From Acinetobacter phage HD01, in the sequence record PQ437329.1: 56,791 nucleotides of DNA; one strand, written 5' to 3'. A program made the position numbers and the translations under genes. Position 1 is the stretch's first letter. Every line of letters starts with the position of its first letter. Shown here piece by piece: positions 1-10,716 of the stretch. Under the pieces are notes generated by a model. The model ran no database searches. It was given only the letters and a program-made list of their open reading frames with translations, and was not told the origin of the DNA.

Positions 1-498
1 ATGGCTGGCATCAATGATGGCTTGTTCGACAACAAGGTAATGTTACCAACGTTGACGGATGCGGAGCGCGATTTACGCGATCGTTTTGTTGCAGAGTACG
101 TGATAGACCGCAACGAATATAAAGCAACCATGCGCCTTGGATATATGTCCTCCGTCGCAACAAGTTATTCTCAGATTTTCATGAACTGTCCGTATGTGCA
201 AAAGCGCATCTCGGAACAAATGTATGCACCGCAACCGCATCTAAATAAAGAGAGTGCTGCTGCTTTTGCTGTTAATACTTTAGCACAAGTAATGGCAAGT
301 GGCGGATATAAAGAGCGTGTAAGTGCTGCTAAGGTGTGGGCTGACATACATGGTTTAAATGCACCAACTAAGACAGAGAATAAACATATGATATCTGGTG
401 GGGTAATGCTTATCCCTGCTATTGCAGATATTGACGCATGGGAACGTGAAGCTGTTAATAGTCAATCCCAACTTGTAGAGGATACTAGAAACGGATGA
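1..498 (+). CDS. terminase small subunit (Terminase_2-like)
   Basis: 165-aa ORF whose stop overlaps the TerL start (ATGA at 495). Segment RDRFVAEYVIDRNEYKATMRLGYMSS resembles the conserved HTH region of phage TerS proteins. It sits immediately upstream of the large terminase. Confidence 0.6.
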   Translation: MAGINDGLFDNKVMLPTLTDAERDLRDRFVAEYVIDRNEYKATMRLGYMSSVATSYSQIFMNCPYVQKRISEQMYAPQPHLNKESAAAFAVNTLAQVMASGGYKERVSAAKVWADIHGLNAPTKTENKHMISGGVMLIPAIADIDAWEREAVNSQSQLVEDTRNG

Positions 499-2117
499 AC
501 GCATTAGTACAACAAGAAGCTCCGCGAGTTTTATGGCAACCCTTAGCAGGTTCGCAGACGTTAGCAATGTCTTGCCCTGCACATATTATTCTATTCCACG
601 GTACTCGCGGGCCTGGCAAAACAGACTCCCAGTTAATGCGCTTTAGACGCAACGTTGGTAAAGGGTATGGGCGTCATTGGCGCGGTATTATTTTTGACCG
701 CGAATATAAAAACTTAGACGACTTAGTTTCCAAGTCCATGAGGTGGTTCCCCGAATTTAAAGATGGTGCTCGCTTTCTTAGTTCAAAGTCCGACTATCGA
801 TGGGTATGGCCTACAGGGGAAGAACTTCTTTTTCGTGCTATTAAACGTGATGTGGATTACTGGGGTTATCACGGGCAGGAATTTCCCTTTATTGGTTGGA
901 ACGAATTAACCAAATACCCTACAGACACCTTGTTTGAATCCATGATGTCTTGTAATCGTAGTTCGTTCCGCCCTGAGGATTACCCTATAACAATTGACGG
1001 CGAAACTTACGAGCAAACTGGTCAGATTGTTTTAGTTGGGGAAGACTACCCAACAGCAATTGAATACTTACTTCCAAAAATACCGTTAGAAGTATTTGCA
1101 ACCTGTAACCCATACGGAGCAGGTCATAACTGGGTCAAGAAGCGTTTTATTAATGCTTCCCCAATGGGTAAGATTAAACGTACAGCTATTAACGTGTTCA
1201 ACCCTCAGACGCAGAAGCGCGAAGATGTAGTTAAAACTCAAGTTCACTTGTTTGGTAGTTACCGCGAAAATAAATATTTACCTCCTGAATACATTGCAGA
1301 CCTTGAAAGTATCACTGACCCTAACAAGCGTAAAGCATGGTTAGGCGGTGACTGGGACGTTGTAGCGGGCGGAATGTTCGATGAAGTATGGGATTCACAT
1401 CAGCACGTTATTACACCTTTTGCAATACCTAAAAACTGGAGAATTGACCGCTCGTTTGACTATGGTAGCTCTAAACCGTTTTCAGTTGGTTGGTGGGCAC
1501 AGTCGGACGGTTCGGACGTGCGTATGCCTGACGGTACGTGGAGAAGTACCGTTCGCGGAGACCTTTTCCGAATTGCTGAATGGTACGGTTGGACAGGTAA
1601 ATCAAATCAGGGTTTACGCATGTTAGCCGCAGACATTGCAAAGGGTATTGTGGAACGTGAAATTGCAATGGGGCTTTATGGACGTGTTCAGCCTGGACCT
1701 GCGGACAACAGCATCTGGGACGAAATGAACGGAAGCAGTATTGCAGGGAGCATGGCTAAACCTGTTAAGATTAAAGATAAGCTCTATAAGGGTGTAACTT
1801 GGGCACGCTCAAACAAAAGTCCAGGCAGCCGGAAACATGGTTGGGAAAAGATTCGCGAATACCTTGCACAAGCGAAGCGACAATATGTGGTCATGGACGA
1901 TGGGACTAAGATTGCAACCCCTCGCGAAAAACCTGGATTGTTCGTTTTTAATATTTGTCAGTGTTTTATAGATACCGTTCCAATTTTACCAAGAGACGAA
2001 ATTGACCCTGACGACGCAGACACAGACGCAGAAGACCATATTGCGGATGAGGTGCGTTATAAAGTATTATCCATGCAAACTGGGGCCCGCGGTGGTCGAA
2101 CTAAAGGACACAACTAG
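495..2117 (+). CDS. terL: terminase large subunit (ATPase + nuclease)
   Basis: 540 aa with a Walker-A-like HGTRGPGKT near the N-terminus. Size and position (TerS upstream, portal downstream) are typical. Confidence 0.85.
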   Translation: MNALVQQEAPRVLWQPLAGSQTLAMSCPAHIILFHGTRGPGKTDSQLMRFRRNVGKGYGRHWRGIIFDREYKNLDDLVSKSMRWFPEFKDGARFLSSKSDYRWVWPTGEELLFRAIKRDVDYWGYHGQEFPFIGWNELTKYPTDTLFESMMSCNRSSFRPEDYPITIDGETYEQTGQIVLVGEDYPTAIEYLLPKIPLEVFATCNPYGAGHNWVKKRFINASPMGKIKRTAINVFNPQTQKREDVVKTQVHLFGSYRENKYLPPEYIADLESITDPNKRKAWLGGDWDVVAGGMFDEVWDSHQHVITPFAIPKNWRIDRSFDYGSSKPFSVGWWAQSDGSDVRMPDGTWRSTVRGDLFRIAEWYGWTGKSNQGLRMLAADIAKGIVEREIAMGLYGRVQPGPADNSIWDEMNGSSIAGSMAKPVKIKDKLYKGVTWARSNKSPGSRKHGWEKIREYLAQAKRQYVVMDDGTKIATPREKPGLFVFNICQCFIDTVPILPRDEIDPDDADTDAEDHIADEVRYKVLSMQTGARGGRTKGHN

Positions 2118-2126
2118 GAGAACATT

Positions 2127-3644
2127 ATGGGTCTTGATGCTAAACATCCGAGCTATGTTGCAAATGTAGATAAATGGATTAAAAACCGTGACGTCTACAA
2201 TGGTAGCGAGCACATTAAAGAAAAGGAAACAACCTATCTCCCTGCAACAAGTGGGATGGAACTTGACGGCATGAAAGAGGGTCAGGCTGGGCGTAAAGCT
2301 TACGAGCGTTATATTGACCGAGCTGAGTTCCCTGAAATTTACCGTGAGGGTGTTGACATGTTAGTGGGCATGATGCACCGCAAACCTGCTGACATCAAGT
2401 TACCTGCTAAGCTTGAATTTTTACGTGAAAAGGCAACTATAACAGGTGAGAGCTTGGACTTGCTTCTACGTCGTATTAATATGGAGCAACTTTGCCCGGG
2501 GCGACTTGGTATCCTGTTAGACTTTAATGTTGTTAAAAACGTCCCTGTCCCTTACTTATCCTTGTATTATGCTGAAGCGATACCAAACTGGGACGAAAGC
2601 AACGATTACAACGGTCAGAACAAACTCCAGTTTGTACAGCTCAACGAGAGCGGTTACTACCGTGAAGAATTTGAGTGGAAAGAGCGTACTCAGTACCGCA
2701 TCTTACAACTAGGTAACTCAATTGACGAGTCAGAAGAAGACCAAGTTGAGCGCGTAATGTTTGGGGTGTTTAAAGAAGACGGTGGTGGTCAGCCAACTTA
2801 CGTTCCATCGGATATGCAAGAGTACCTTGTTTTAGGGCAACCGTTATTTGACATCCCTTTTACATTTATTAACTCACGCGATTTGCTTGCAGAACCAGAC
2901 GTTCCCCCTTTAAACGGTTTAGCTAACCTCAGCCTCACCATTTACAAAGGTGAAGCTGACTATCGTCAAACACTGTTCCAACAATCGCAAGAAACGCTTG
3001 TTGTTATTGGTAGCATACGAAATCCCGATGGTGTTGAGGGTGAAGACGATGCTATTCGTGTGGGCACTGGTAGCCGTATTGACGTAGACCAAGGCGGTGA
3101 CGCAAAATATATTGGCGTAAGTGGTGCAGGGTTATCGGAGCAGCGAACAGCTCTTGAAAACGACTACAAACGTGCTAAGGAAATGGCGGGCCAATTAAAT
3201 ACAAACGGTTCTAACACCGAATCGGGCGAAGCTTTAAAAGTTCGCGTAAGTGCGCAAACTGCAAACCTTGTTCAGATTGCCTTAGCAGGTGCTAAGGGTT
3301 TAGAAACAATTCTTAAAATGTGTGCAACTGCTTTAGGTGCAAACCCTGATGAAGTAAAAGTTGACCCGAACCTAGAATTTAGCTCAGCTTCGTTTAATGC
3401 TCAGGAGCTTGCACAATACATGGCAGCTCGTAACATGGGTGTTCCATTGTCCTTAGAATCTATTCATGCGTTACTGGTTGACAAGGGTATTACAAAGCTT
3501 GACTTCCGTACAGAAAAACGCAAGTACGATAAAGAAATGGAAAGTGCAGGTTTTGGACTTACTGGTACAGGAACAGACCATAACCACAATGAAGAGCTTG
3601 ACGAAAACGGTAATCCTATTAAAAAGGAAGTAGAAGATGAATAA
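2127..3644 (+). CDS. portal protein
   Basis: 505-aa ORF directly after TerL with an acidic C-terminus. Call rests on canonical gene order. Confidence 0.7.
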   Translation: MGLDAKHPSYVANVDKWIKNRDVYNGSEHIKEKETTYLPATSGMELDGMKEGQAGRKAYERYIDRAEFPEIYREGVDMLVGMMHRKPADIKLPAKLEFLREKATITGESLDLLLRRINMEQLCPGRLGILLDFNVVKNVPVPYLSLYYAEAIPNWDESNDYNGQNKLQFVQLNESGYYREEFEWKERTQYRILQLGNSIDESEEDQVERVMFGVFKEDGGGQPTYVPSDMQEYLVLGQPLFDIPFTFINSRDLLAEPDVPPLNGLANLSLTIYKGEADYRQTLFQQSQETLVVIGSIRNPDGVEGEDDAIRVGTGSRIDVDQGGDAKYIGVSGAGLSEQRTALENDYKRAKEMAGQLNTNGSNTESGEALKVRVSAQTANLVQIALAGAKGLETILKMCATALGANPDEVKVDPNLEFSSASFNAQELAQYMAARNMGVPLSLESIHALLVDKGITKLDFRTEKRKYDKEMESAGFGLTGTGTDHNHNEELDENGNPIKKEVEDE

Positions 3645-4836
3645 AACAGCTAACGAGCTGTTTTATGATATGCAGGTGCGCCATGCGGTACACCTGCACC
3701 AATACAGTTCGCACATACTTAACCAGATTAACAGCTTGCTTAACAAAAGTGAGCAAGCTCTTGAGGAAAAACTTCTTTTAAATTTACCCAAAGTTCAGAA
3801 AGGTGGGGAAACAGACTGGACAAGGCTTGCTAAGTTACTTGACGAAATTAAGCAAGTACGTTCAGAAGTTTGGGGTACAACGTACAGCGTATTTGAAGAA
3901 GAGCTTGTAACCCTTGCAAAATCGGAACCTGCTTCTTACGTTGCAATGTTGGAAACTGCTCTACCTGTGGTCATAGCTACCACATTGCCTCAAGCGCACA
4001 TGCTTAAAGCTATTGCAACCAGTCGACCTTTCCAAGGCAAGGTTTTACGAGACTGGGCCCGTAAAATGGAAGCGGACGACATTGGTAGAATACACCAGTC
4101 AATCCAAATTGGAATGACGTTGGGTGAAACTACCCCTTCCATTGTTAAGCGTATTATTGGTTCTAGCGGTGCAAAAGGCACTGATGGAATCACCCAAATG
4201 GCACGCAACCAAGTTGAAGCGGTTACACGTACAGCAGTTCAGCACGTTGCAAACAGTGCTAAAGAAGAGTTTCTTAAACTCAACAGCGATGTTATCGGTG
4301 AAGACGATATTTACATCAGTGTGTTAGATTCTCGCACAACTCCAGGATGTAAAGCTCTTGACCATAAAACCTTTAAACGTAATACAGGTCCACGACCCCC
4401 TTTACATTTTAGATGCAGGGGTATTCGTTTAGCTGTTTTGGATGCTGGATTGTTAGGCGACAGACCTGCAAACCCAACAACAAGAAAAATACTACTTTCG
4501 GAATACGCAAAAGAAAACAATTTAGGAACTATTGCAAAGCGGGACGACTTGCCGTATGGTACGAAAACAAAGTACGACAAGTGGGAAAGGGCGCGTATTC
4601 GTGAGCTTGTCGGTCCAGTACCTAGCTCTAAAAGTTATAACAACTGGCTTAAAGAACAATCGGTTGTATATCAAGAAGAGACATTGGGGAAAGCTAAAGC
4701 TAAACTGTTCCGTGATGGTGGTTTAGACCTTGACAAGTTTGTTGACCGTAACTATCAACCCTTAACACTTAAAGAACTTGCCGCGCGTGAAGCAGAAGCG
4801 TTCCGTCGTGCAGGATTAGATCCAAAATCTTACTAA
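3637..4836 (+). CDS. head morphogenesis protein (Mu gpF / SPP1 gp7 family)
   Basis: 399 aa, overlaps the portal stop. The C-terminal RTTPGC...H..L...PPLHFRCRG motif is typical of Phage_Mu_F minor head proteins. Confidence 0.6.
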   Translation: MNKTANELFYDMQVRHAVHLHQYSSHILNQINSLLNKSEQALEEKLLLNLPKVQKGGETDWTRLAKLLDEIKQVRSEVWGTTYSVFEEELVTLAKSEPASYVAMLETALPVVIATTLPQAHMLKAIATSRPFQGKVLRDWARKMEADDIGRIHQSIQIGMTLGETTPSIVKRIIGSSGAKGTDGITQMARNQVEAVTRTAVQHVANSAKEEFLKLNSDVIGEDDIYISVLDSRTTPGCKALDHKTFKRNTGPRPPLHFRCRGIRLAVLDAGLLGDRPANPTTRKILLSEYAKENNLGTIAKRDDLPYGTKTKYDKWERARIRELVGPVPSSKSYNNWLKEQSVVYQEETLGKAKAKLFRDGGLDLDKFVDRNYQPLTLKELAAREAEAFRRAGLDPKSY

Positions 4837-4865
4837 ACCTAACATGAGTTAGAAAGGAGAAAGGC

Positions 4866-5678
4866 ATGGGCCTTAAAGCAGTTGTAGACGACATTAACAC
4901 AGTAGATGAACATTTACGTGACAATTACATCCAACGCGATGGCAAGTATGAGCTTGCTGTGGAAGTTGGTGTTGAAGGTATTAAATCCTATACCGACTTT
5001 GCAAAGCTTAACGAAGCTTTGCGTAAAGAACGTAATGACCACACTACAGCAAAAGCAACTTTGTCAAAACTGGGTAACCGTCCAATTGAAGAAATTTTAG
5101 CGGACTTAGACTCTATTCCTGAGCTTAAAGCCAAGCAAGGTCAAGTTGACGATACTAAACTTGAAGAAATTGTTGGCACACGTCTTAAGACACAGCTTGC
5201 TCCTTTACAACGTGAAAAGCAAACGCTTGAGCAGACAGTACAGGAATTAACTGGTCAGGTGCAAACCTATGTTAAGAAAGAAAACGACCGTTTAATTGCT
5301 GACGAAATCCGCAAAGCTTGTACTGCTGCAAAAATGCTTCCTGAAGCTGTAGAAGATGCTCTTATCTACGGTAGCTTATTGTTTGAAGTAACTGATGGGC
5401 GCATTGCAGTGAAAGAAGGTGCGGGCTTTACGCCAGGACTTGACGCTAAAAACTGGTTAATGGACATGCAAGAAAAACGTCCTCACTGGTGGGGTGAAAC
5501 AACTGCTGGCGGTGCTCGTGGTGGACAAGGTGGCTCACATGCTTCTAATCCATGGTCTGCTGAAGGTTGGAATATGACCGAGCAAGGTCGCTTGTATGTG
5601 AAGGACAAAGCTAAAGCTGAGCAGTTAGCTAAGCAAGCTGGAACAACAATTGGCGGCCCACGACCTGCTAAAAAGTAA
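4866..5678 (+). CDS. scaffolding protein (putative)
   Basis: 270 aa, charged and coiled-coil-like (KQTLEQTVQELTGQV). Lies between the head morphogenesis gene and the capsid gene, with a strong RBS (GGAGAAAGG). Confidence 0.45.
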   Translation: MGLKAVVDDINTVDEHLRDNYIQRDGKYELAVEVGVEGIKSYTDFAKLNEALRKERNDHTTAKATLSKLGNRPIEEILADLDSIPELKAKQGQVDDTKLEEIVGTRLKTQLAPLQREKQTLEQTVQELTGQVQTYVKKENDRLIADEIRKACTAAKMLPEAVEDALIYGSLLFEVTDGRIAVKEGAGFTPGLDAKNWLMDMQEKRPHWWGETTAGGARGGQGGSHASNPWSAEGWNMTEQGRLYVKDKAKAEQLAKQAGTTIGGPRPAKK

Positions 5679-5812
5679 TAGGCACTTGAATTATTGCTTT
5701 AAAAATAGGACTCATGCTACATTGCGCTTAAACGTGGCATGAGTCACAAATTAAACCGTAGGCCATGGGGCTAGTCGGTATTTAACCATAATATCATTCT
5801 AAGGGAAGTTCC

Positions 5813-6847
5813 ATGACTACTCGTATTGCTGATGTTGTTGTACCAGAGGTTTTTTCTCCATACGTCCAACAACTTACCGAACAAAAATCACGTCTTATCC
5901 GCTCTGGCGCTGTTATGTTGGACGACGTCCTAAATAACAACCTTTCGGGTGCAGGTTTAACCTTTAACGAACCTTCTTTCCGCGACTTGGAAGACACAGA
6001 AGAGAACGTTTCTAACGACGACCCAAATGACAACTCTACACCGAACAAAATTGCTACAGGTACTGAAATCCAAATTCGTTTATCGCGAAATAACTCTTGG
6101 TCTTCAATGAACCTTACTGCTGATTTAGCAGGTGTTGACCCTATGGACGCAATTGCAAACCGTGTATCCGATTACTGGGTACGTCGTGAGCAACAAGCTT
6201 TCATTGCAACCATTAAAGGCGTATTTGCGGATAATGCTGCTGCACCTACTGCACAAGAACACGTACAAAACGACATGACGTTTGACATTTCTGGTGCAAG
6301 CTTCAGCAACGGTGTAACAAACTTCAGTTCTGCTGCGTTTATTGACACTACTGCAACAATGGGCGACTCAATGGAAGACTTAGGTCTTGTAATGGTTCAC
6401 TCAATTGTTTATGCGCGTATGCTTAAAAACAACTTGATTGACTTCATCCCTGACGCAATTAACCCAAATGCGAAAGCAATTCCAACGTTCCTTGGACGTG
6501 TGGTTATTGTTGACGATGCTATGCCTAACACAGCAGGCGTCTTTGAAACTTGGTTGTTTGGTGCAGGCGCTGTTCGTATGGGTCGCGGTTTACCTAAAAA
6601 CGCAACAGAAGTTGAATCTAAGCCTTCGGCAGGTCGCGGAGCAGGTCAAGAAATCTTGTACAACCGTAAAGAGCTCATCCTTCACCCAGTTGGTAATGCT
6701 TTCGTGGCAACCCCAGTGGCAGGCGGCCCGTCTAACGCTGCCACAACTGGAAACCTTGCTAACGCTGCGTCTTGGCAACGTGTGTTCACAGAGCGTAAAC
6801 AGATTAAAATGGCACGCTTGATCACGCGCGAATTTGCTGGCGTTTAA
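5813..6847 (+). CDS. major capsid protein (putative)
   Basis: 344 aa, follows the scaffold gene, has a strong RBS and is followed by a hairpin/T-rich region. Size fits HK97-fold capsid proteins. Confidence 0.6.
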   Translation: MTTRIADVVVPEVFSPYVQQLTEQKSRLIRSGAVMLDDVLNNNLSGAGLTFNEPSFRDLEDTEENVSNDDPNDNSTPNKIATGTEIQIRLSRNNSWSSMNLTADLAGVDPMDAIANRVSDYWVRREQQAFIATIKGVFADNAAAPTAQEHVQNDMTFDISGASFSNGVTNFSSAAFIDTTATMGDSMEDLGLVMVHSIVYARMLKNNLIDFIPDAINPNAKAIPTFLGRVVIVDDAMPNTAGVFETWLFGAGAVRMGRGLPKNATEVESKPSAGRGAGQEILYNRKELILHPVGNAFVATPVAGGPSNAATTGNLANAASWQRVFTERKQIKMARLITREFAGV

Positions 6848-6908
6848 TTAGACTTAAAAAGGTGGCTTAGGTTACCTTTTTATTCATAACCTTTTGGAGA
6901 AGATTGTA

Positions 6909-7589
6909 ATGAATATTAAGGATGCGTTAGCGCAGTTAGACCCACAAAATAACGATCATTGGACTGGTGACGGCTTGCCTCTTGTACAAGCTGTTTCAGA
7001 TTTAGTTGGTAAAGACGTGAGTCGTAAAGAAGTAACCGATGCTTTGCCGGGCTTTTCGCGTGCTTTAGCGATTAAAAACGCTACTGGTACACAGGTAGCT
7101 TCACAAGCGGTAAACACACCAACAGCAAGCGAGCAGGCAGCACAATCGCAAAGCACAACGCCAACCCAAGCAACCGAAAACGGTGATAAGGGGGCTCCCA
7201 AGGATGAAGATCAGGTACAGCAAACCCAATCGGATGAAATGGAAGATGGAAGCGGTGACGCGGATGTCGACTTATCGCTTGCTGATGTGTTACAACAAGC
7301 GCAAAAGACCCTTGAAGCAAAGCGAAAAGAAAAAGCTGAAGCAGATGCTGCTGTCAAAGAGGCGGAAAAAGCGTTTGACGCTGCGTTGGTAGAGTACGAG
7401 CAGTCCGTTGCTACAAACAATTCACAACCCCTTGCAATTCAGCAATATTTACAAAGTCAGGTAAAAGCTGCTGAAGAAAAGAAAGCACGAATTGACATTA
7501 TTACAGCAAGCGGATTAGACCTAAATACATTGACGGAGTCTTTAAAGGGTTCACCTTTAGACGAAGCAATGAAAAATAAACGTAAATAA
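6909..7589 (+). CDS. acidic coiled-coil protein, head-associated (hypothetical)
   Basis: ATG at 6909 preceded by GGAGAAG; the tracked ORF starts earlier at a TTG. Q/E/A-rich, acidic and coiled-coil. Confidence 0.3.
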   Translation: MNIKDALAQLDPQNNDHWTGDGLPLVQAVSDLVGKDVSRKEVTDALPGFSRALAIKNATGTQVASQAVNTPTASEQAAQSQSTTPTQATENGDKGAPKDEDQVQQTQSDEMEDGSGDADVDLSLADVLQQAQKTLEAKRKEKAEADAAVKEAEKAFDAALVEYEQSVATNNSQPLAIQQYLQSQVKAAEEKKARIDIITASGLDLNTLTESLKGSPLDEAMKNKRK

Positions 7590-7598
7590 GGTGACGTT

Positions 7599-7901
7599 AT
7601 GCGTGCAAGGAATTACGATACACGGTTGTCCAAAGCAGCTTTTGAACAATTAATTTCAAACCCTGCTCAGGATAGCGTTTCTTTACCTTGCAACGCCCTT
7701 TTAAAAGCTGTGCCTAAGGGTGCAGCTTTTCCATATGATGGGTTCACAATTTCGGGTCAGCTGGAACCATATACGTTCACCGCTCAGGATAACCACATTG
7801 AGTTCTATGGTGAAGCTAATCAGGTTATTACCCTTGTTAATTGTGAATTATACCTTCATGCAGGTTTAGGGAGTTGGGAGCTAATAGGGGTGAACGGATA
7901 A
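7599..7901 (+). CDS. hypothetical protein (head-tail joining region)
   Basis: 100-aa ORF, RBS AAGGTGA, stop overlaps the next start. Confidence 0.3.
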   Translation: MRARNYDTRLSKAAFEQLISNPAQDSVSLPCNALLKAVPKGAAFPYDGFTISGQLEPYTFTAQDNHIEFYGEANQVITLVNCELYLHAGLGSWELIGVNG

Positions 7902-8392
7902 TGGACTTTATTGTTGAAGATGGTACAGGTTTAGAAAACGCTTTGTCTTTGGTGTCTGTTGAATTTGCAGACAACTATTTTACACAGCGCGGAAATCAAA
8001 CTTGGTTAGCGTTAAACCTTGAGCAGAAGCAAGTTAATCTTGTTAAAGCAACCGACTATATTAACATCCGCTTTAATTATAAAAATGAAGTTGTTAACAA
8101 AGATCAGTCTTTAAGCTTTCCACGTAAAGAAATTGGACTACCTGTTGACGTTTTAAAAGCATGTTGTGAGTACGCAATTCGTGCTAATTCGGGTGAGTTA
8201 ACACCAGACATTGAGCAAGATGCTAGCGGACTTTTAGTTACTGCTAAAACAGAAAAGATTGGCCCAATTGAAGAGTCTTACACTTTTGCAGGTGCTACAG
8301 CGTCAGACGTGCGAAGTTTTAAGCGTTACCCTGCTGCTGATAGTTTATTGCGTAAGTATATTAAAACTGTCGGTCGGGGGACATACCGTTGA
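7901..8392 (+). CDS. head-tail connector/adaptor protein (gp6 / DnaT-like)
   Basis: ATG at 7901 follows GGTGAACGGATA. N-terminal pattern ...VSVEFADNYFTQRGNQTWLALNLEQKQVNLVKATDYI is typical of gp6-like adaptors. Confidence 0.45.
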   Translation: MDFIVEDGTGLENALSLVSVEFADNYFTQRGNQTWLALNLEQKQVNLVKATDYINIRFNYKNEVVNKDQSLSFPRKEIGLPVDVLKACCEYAIRANSGELTPDIEQDASGLLVTAKTEKIGPIEESYTFAGATASDVRSFKRYPAADSLLRKYIKTVGRGTYR

Positions 8393-8748
8393 ATAACGAT
8401 AAATACATTGCGCTAGCAACTAAGTTAATTCAAAAGAACGGTCGCGCTGCGAAAATTCGTAAGCTGCAAACCTCTACAGGGTGGAAGGACGCTAATAACT
8501 TTGACCTAGCTGTTGACCGTGATGTGATTGGTTGCTTTATTCCTGCGAGCGGTGGTATTGGTGCAAACTTAGTAACTGAAGACTTAATTGCAAGGGTTAG
8601 CCAAGTTGTACTTGTTGCACCAGTGGACATTGACTTGCGTTTGCATAATGTGGTTATTGACGGTTCTTACAGTTGGAAAATTGAATGGGTGCAAGTGTTG
8701 CAACCTGCCGAAAAACCTCTTTTGTATGTAATTGGACTAAAAGTATGA
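8389..8748 (+). CDS. neck protein (head closure/stopper candidate)
   Basis: 119 aa, translationally coupled on both sides, positioned between adaptor and tail genes. Confidence 0.3.
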   Translation: MNNDKYIALATKLIQKNGRAAKIRKLQTSTGWKDANNFDLAVDRDVIGCFIPASGGIGANLVTEDLIARVSQVVLVAPVDIDLRLHNVVIDGSYSWKIEWVQVLQPAEKPLLYVIGLKV

Positions 8749-9155
8749 GTACAATAACCGTTGTAGAAGCAGTTGATACAATGATGCAAGCGTTTGCTTC
8801 TGCATGGGGTAATACTGGTCCAATTGCTTACGAAAACAAAGCTTTTACAATCCCAGAAAATTCAGTTTGGTGTCGCGCTGTAGTTCGCCATGCTGTGTCA
8901 CGTCAAACAACGTTAACCGACGAAAGCGGTTATAAGCGTTTTGGCGTCTATGGAGCTTTTATTGTGCAGATGTTTTTTCCCCTTGGAAATGGTACAGAGT
9001 CTGCATATAATGTCAGTGAGACCCTTGCAAACGCTTTAAGGAAACATAAGTCGCAGGTCACTTTTCAGAACGTTACTTGGGAAGAAGTGGGGCCCGATGG
9101 TAAATTCTTCATGTTTAAGCTAACGGCTCAATTTGAATATACACAAGTGAGATAA
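8745..9155 (+). CDS. neck/tail completion protein candidate
   Basis: ATG at 8745 overlaps the previous stop. 136 aa, immediately upstream of the major tail gene. Confidence 0.3.
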   Translation: MSTITVVEAVDTMMQAFASAWGNTGPIAYENKAFTIPENSVWCRAVVRHAVSRQTTLTDESGYKRFGVYGAFIVQMFFPLGNGTESAYNVSETLANALRKHKSQVTFQNVTWEEVGPDGKFFMFKLTAQFEYTQVR

Positions 9156-9157
9156 TC

Positions 9158-10660
9158 ATGGTTAATAAAATCGATTCCAATGTGACTGGTTTACGCTATG
9201 CTGAGGAAGCTACCCTCAAGAAGTTACCTGCGTCACCTATTTTCCACATGCTTGAGCCAAACTCGTATTCCGACTTTGGTGGGCAAATTGCTACCGTTGC
9301 ACGTAACCCAATTAACGCATCCCGTCAGCGTAAAAAGGGAGTTGTGACAGACTTAGACGCAAGCGGTGGCTTCAACCAAGACTTAACAACTGTAAACACA
9401 ACTCGTCTTTTACAGGGATTTTTCTTTGCAGATGCTCGTGAGAAATGGACCTCTAAATCGCTTCTTAATAACACAAATGCTTTAGTGGCTGTAACCGCTG
9501 AAGCTTACACAGTGACAGGCGCTCCTATTCTACCTGCGGGAACTTTAATCAAGGCATCGGGCTTTAACAAAGTTGCTAACAACGGTATTAAAAAGTTAGC
9601 TGCGCCAAGTACAGATTCAGCGATCACAGTGAGTGGATTATCCGCTGAGTCAACCGTTCCTGCTGCACGGTTGGAAGTAGTTGGTCAAGAATTTAATGCA
9701 GGGGATATTTCTATTGCGTTAAATGGTGGATTTGCACAACTTACAAGCGCAACCGTAGATATGACCACACTAGGTCTTATTCCTGGTGAATGGCTCTTCA
9801 TTGGTGGGGATTCAATTACAAACCGATTTGAAAATAGTTACGGTTTTGCTCGCGTTGGTTCTGTAACCGCAACATACATTGAGCTAGACAAGATTAGTTG
9901 GGAACCTGTAGTTGAAGACGGTGCAGGTGTGTCTCTTCATGTTTACTTTGGTACAGTAATTAAAAACGAAACTGAACGCTCTAAAATTAAGCGTCGTACA
10001 TACCACGTTGAACGCACCTTAGACAACGACGATGACGGTACGATGTCTGAATACCTAGTTGGTGCAGTACCTAACGAATTTACAATGACTGTAAGCCAAG
10101 CTGACAAGGTTACAATTGACATGTCTTTTGTTGCCTTGGACAACGAGCAGCGTACAGGAGCTGAAGGTCTTAAAGAAGGCGCACGCCCAATCTTACCTCC
10201 AGCTGACGCATTTAATACCTCAACCGATTTTACACGTATTAAATTAGCACCAGTTGATCTTGAAACCTCAAACCCTAAACCGTTATTCGCTTACGCAACA
10301 GAAATGACCGTTACAATTAACAACAACGTTTCAGCTAACAAAGCTATTGGCGTGCTAGGTGGTTTTGATACTACGGCAGGGACGTTTGAAGTTGGTGGGT
10401 CAATGACTGTTTACTTTGCAGACATTAAAGCGGTACGCGCTGTCCGTGAAAACGCAGACATTACCCTTGACGCTGCTCTTGTTAAAAATAACGAAGGTAT
10501 GGTATTTGATATTCCTTTGTTAAGCTTAGGTGATGGTCGTTTATCTGTAGAGCAAGATCAGCCGATTACCCTACCATTAGAAAACAACGCTGCTGAAAGT
10601 AAGTTTGGACATACGTTATTATTTAACAATTTTGCCTACTTGCCTGATATTGCACAGTAA
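9158..10660 (+). CDS. major tail (tube) protein
   Basis: 500 aa, between neck genes and the chaperone/tape-measure pair. Followed by a strong rho-independent terminator, consistent with high expression. Confidence 0.5.
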   Translation: MVNKIDSNVTGLRYAEEATLKKLPASPIFHMLEPNSYSDFGGQIATVARNPINASRQRKKGVVTDLDASGGFNQDLTTVNTTRLLQGFFFADAREKWTSKSLLNNTNALVAVTAEAYTVTGAPILPAGTLIKASGFNKVANNGIKKLAAPSTDSAITVSGLSAESTVPAARLEVVGQEFNAGDISIALNGGFAQLTSATVDMTTLGLIPGEWLFIGGDSITNRFENSYGFARVGSVTATYIELDKISWEPVVEDGAGVSLHVYFGTVIKNETERSKIKRRTYHVERTLDNDDDGTMSEYLVGAVPNEFTMTVSQADKVTIDMSFVALDNEQRTGAEGLKEGARPILPPADAFNTSTDFTRIKLAPVDLETSNPKPLFAYATEMTVTINNNVSANKAIGVLGGFDTTAGTFEVGGSMTVYFADIKAVRAVRENADITLDAALVKNNEGMVFDIPLLSLGDGRLSVEQDQPITLPLENNAAESKFGHTLLFNNFAYLPDIAQ

Positions 10661-10674
10661 CAGTAATATACGAA

Positions 10675-10700
10675 GGGAAAGCTAGCTTTCCCTTTTTATT
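10675..10700 (+). terminator. rho-independent terminator after major tail gene
   Basis: Perfect hairpin GGGAAAGC-TAGC-TTTCCC followed by TTTTTATTT. Confidence 0.7.
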
Positions 10701-10716
10701 TCCTTGGAGAAAAGTC

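Noticed and set aside
355-1668. Minus-strand and alternate-frame ORFs inside TerS/TerL (355-582, 1381-1626, 1471-1668), with similar cases inside portal, TMP, polymerase and primase genes
   Set aside because: Embedded within long, motif-supported genes and lacking RBS. Treated as shadow ORFs.
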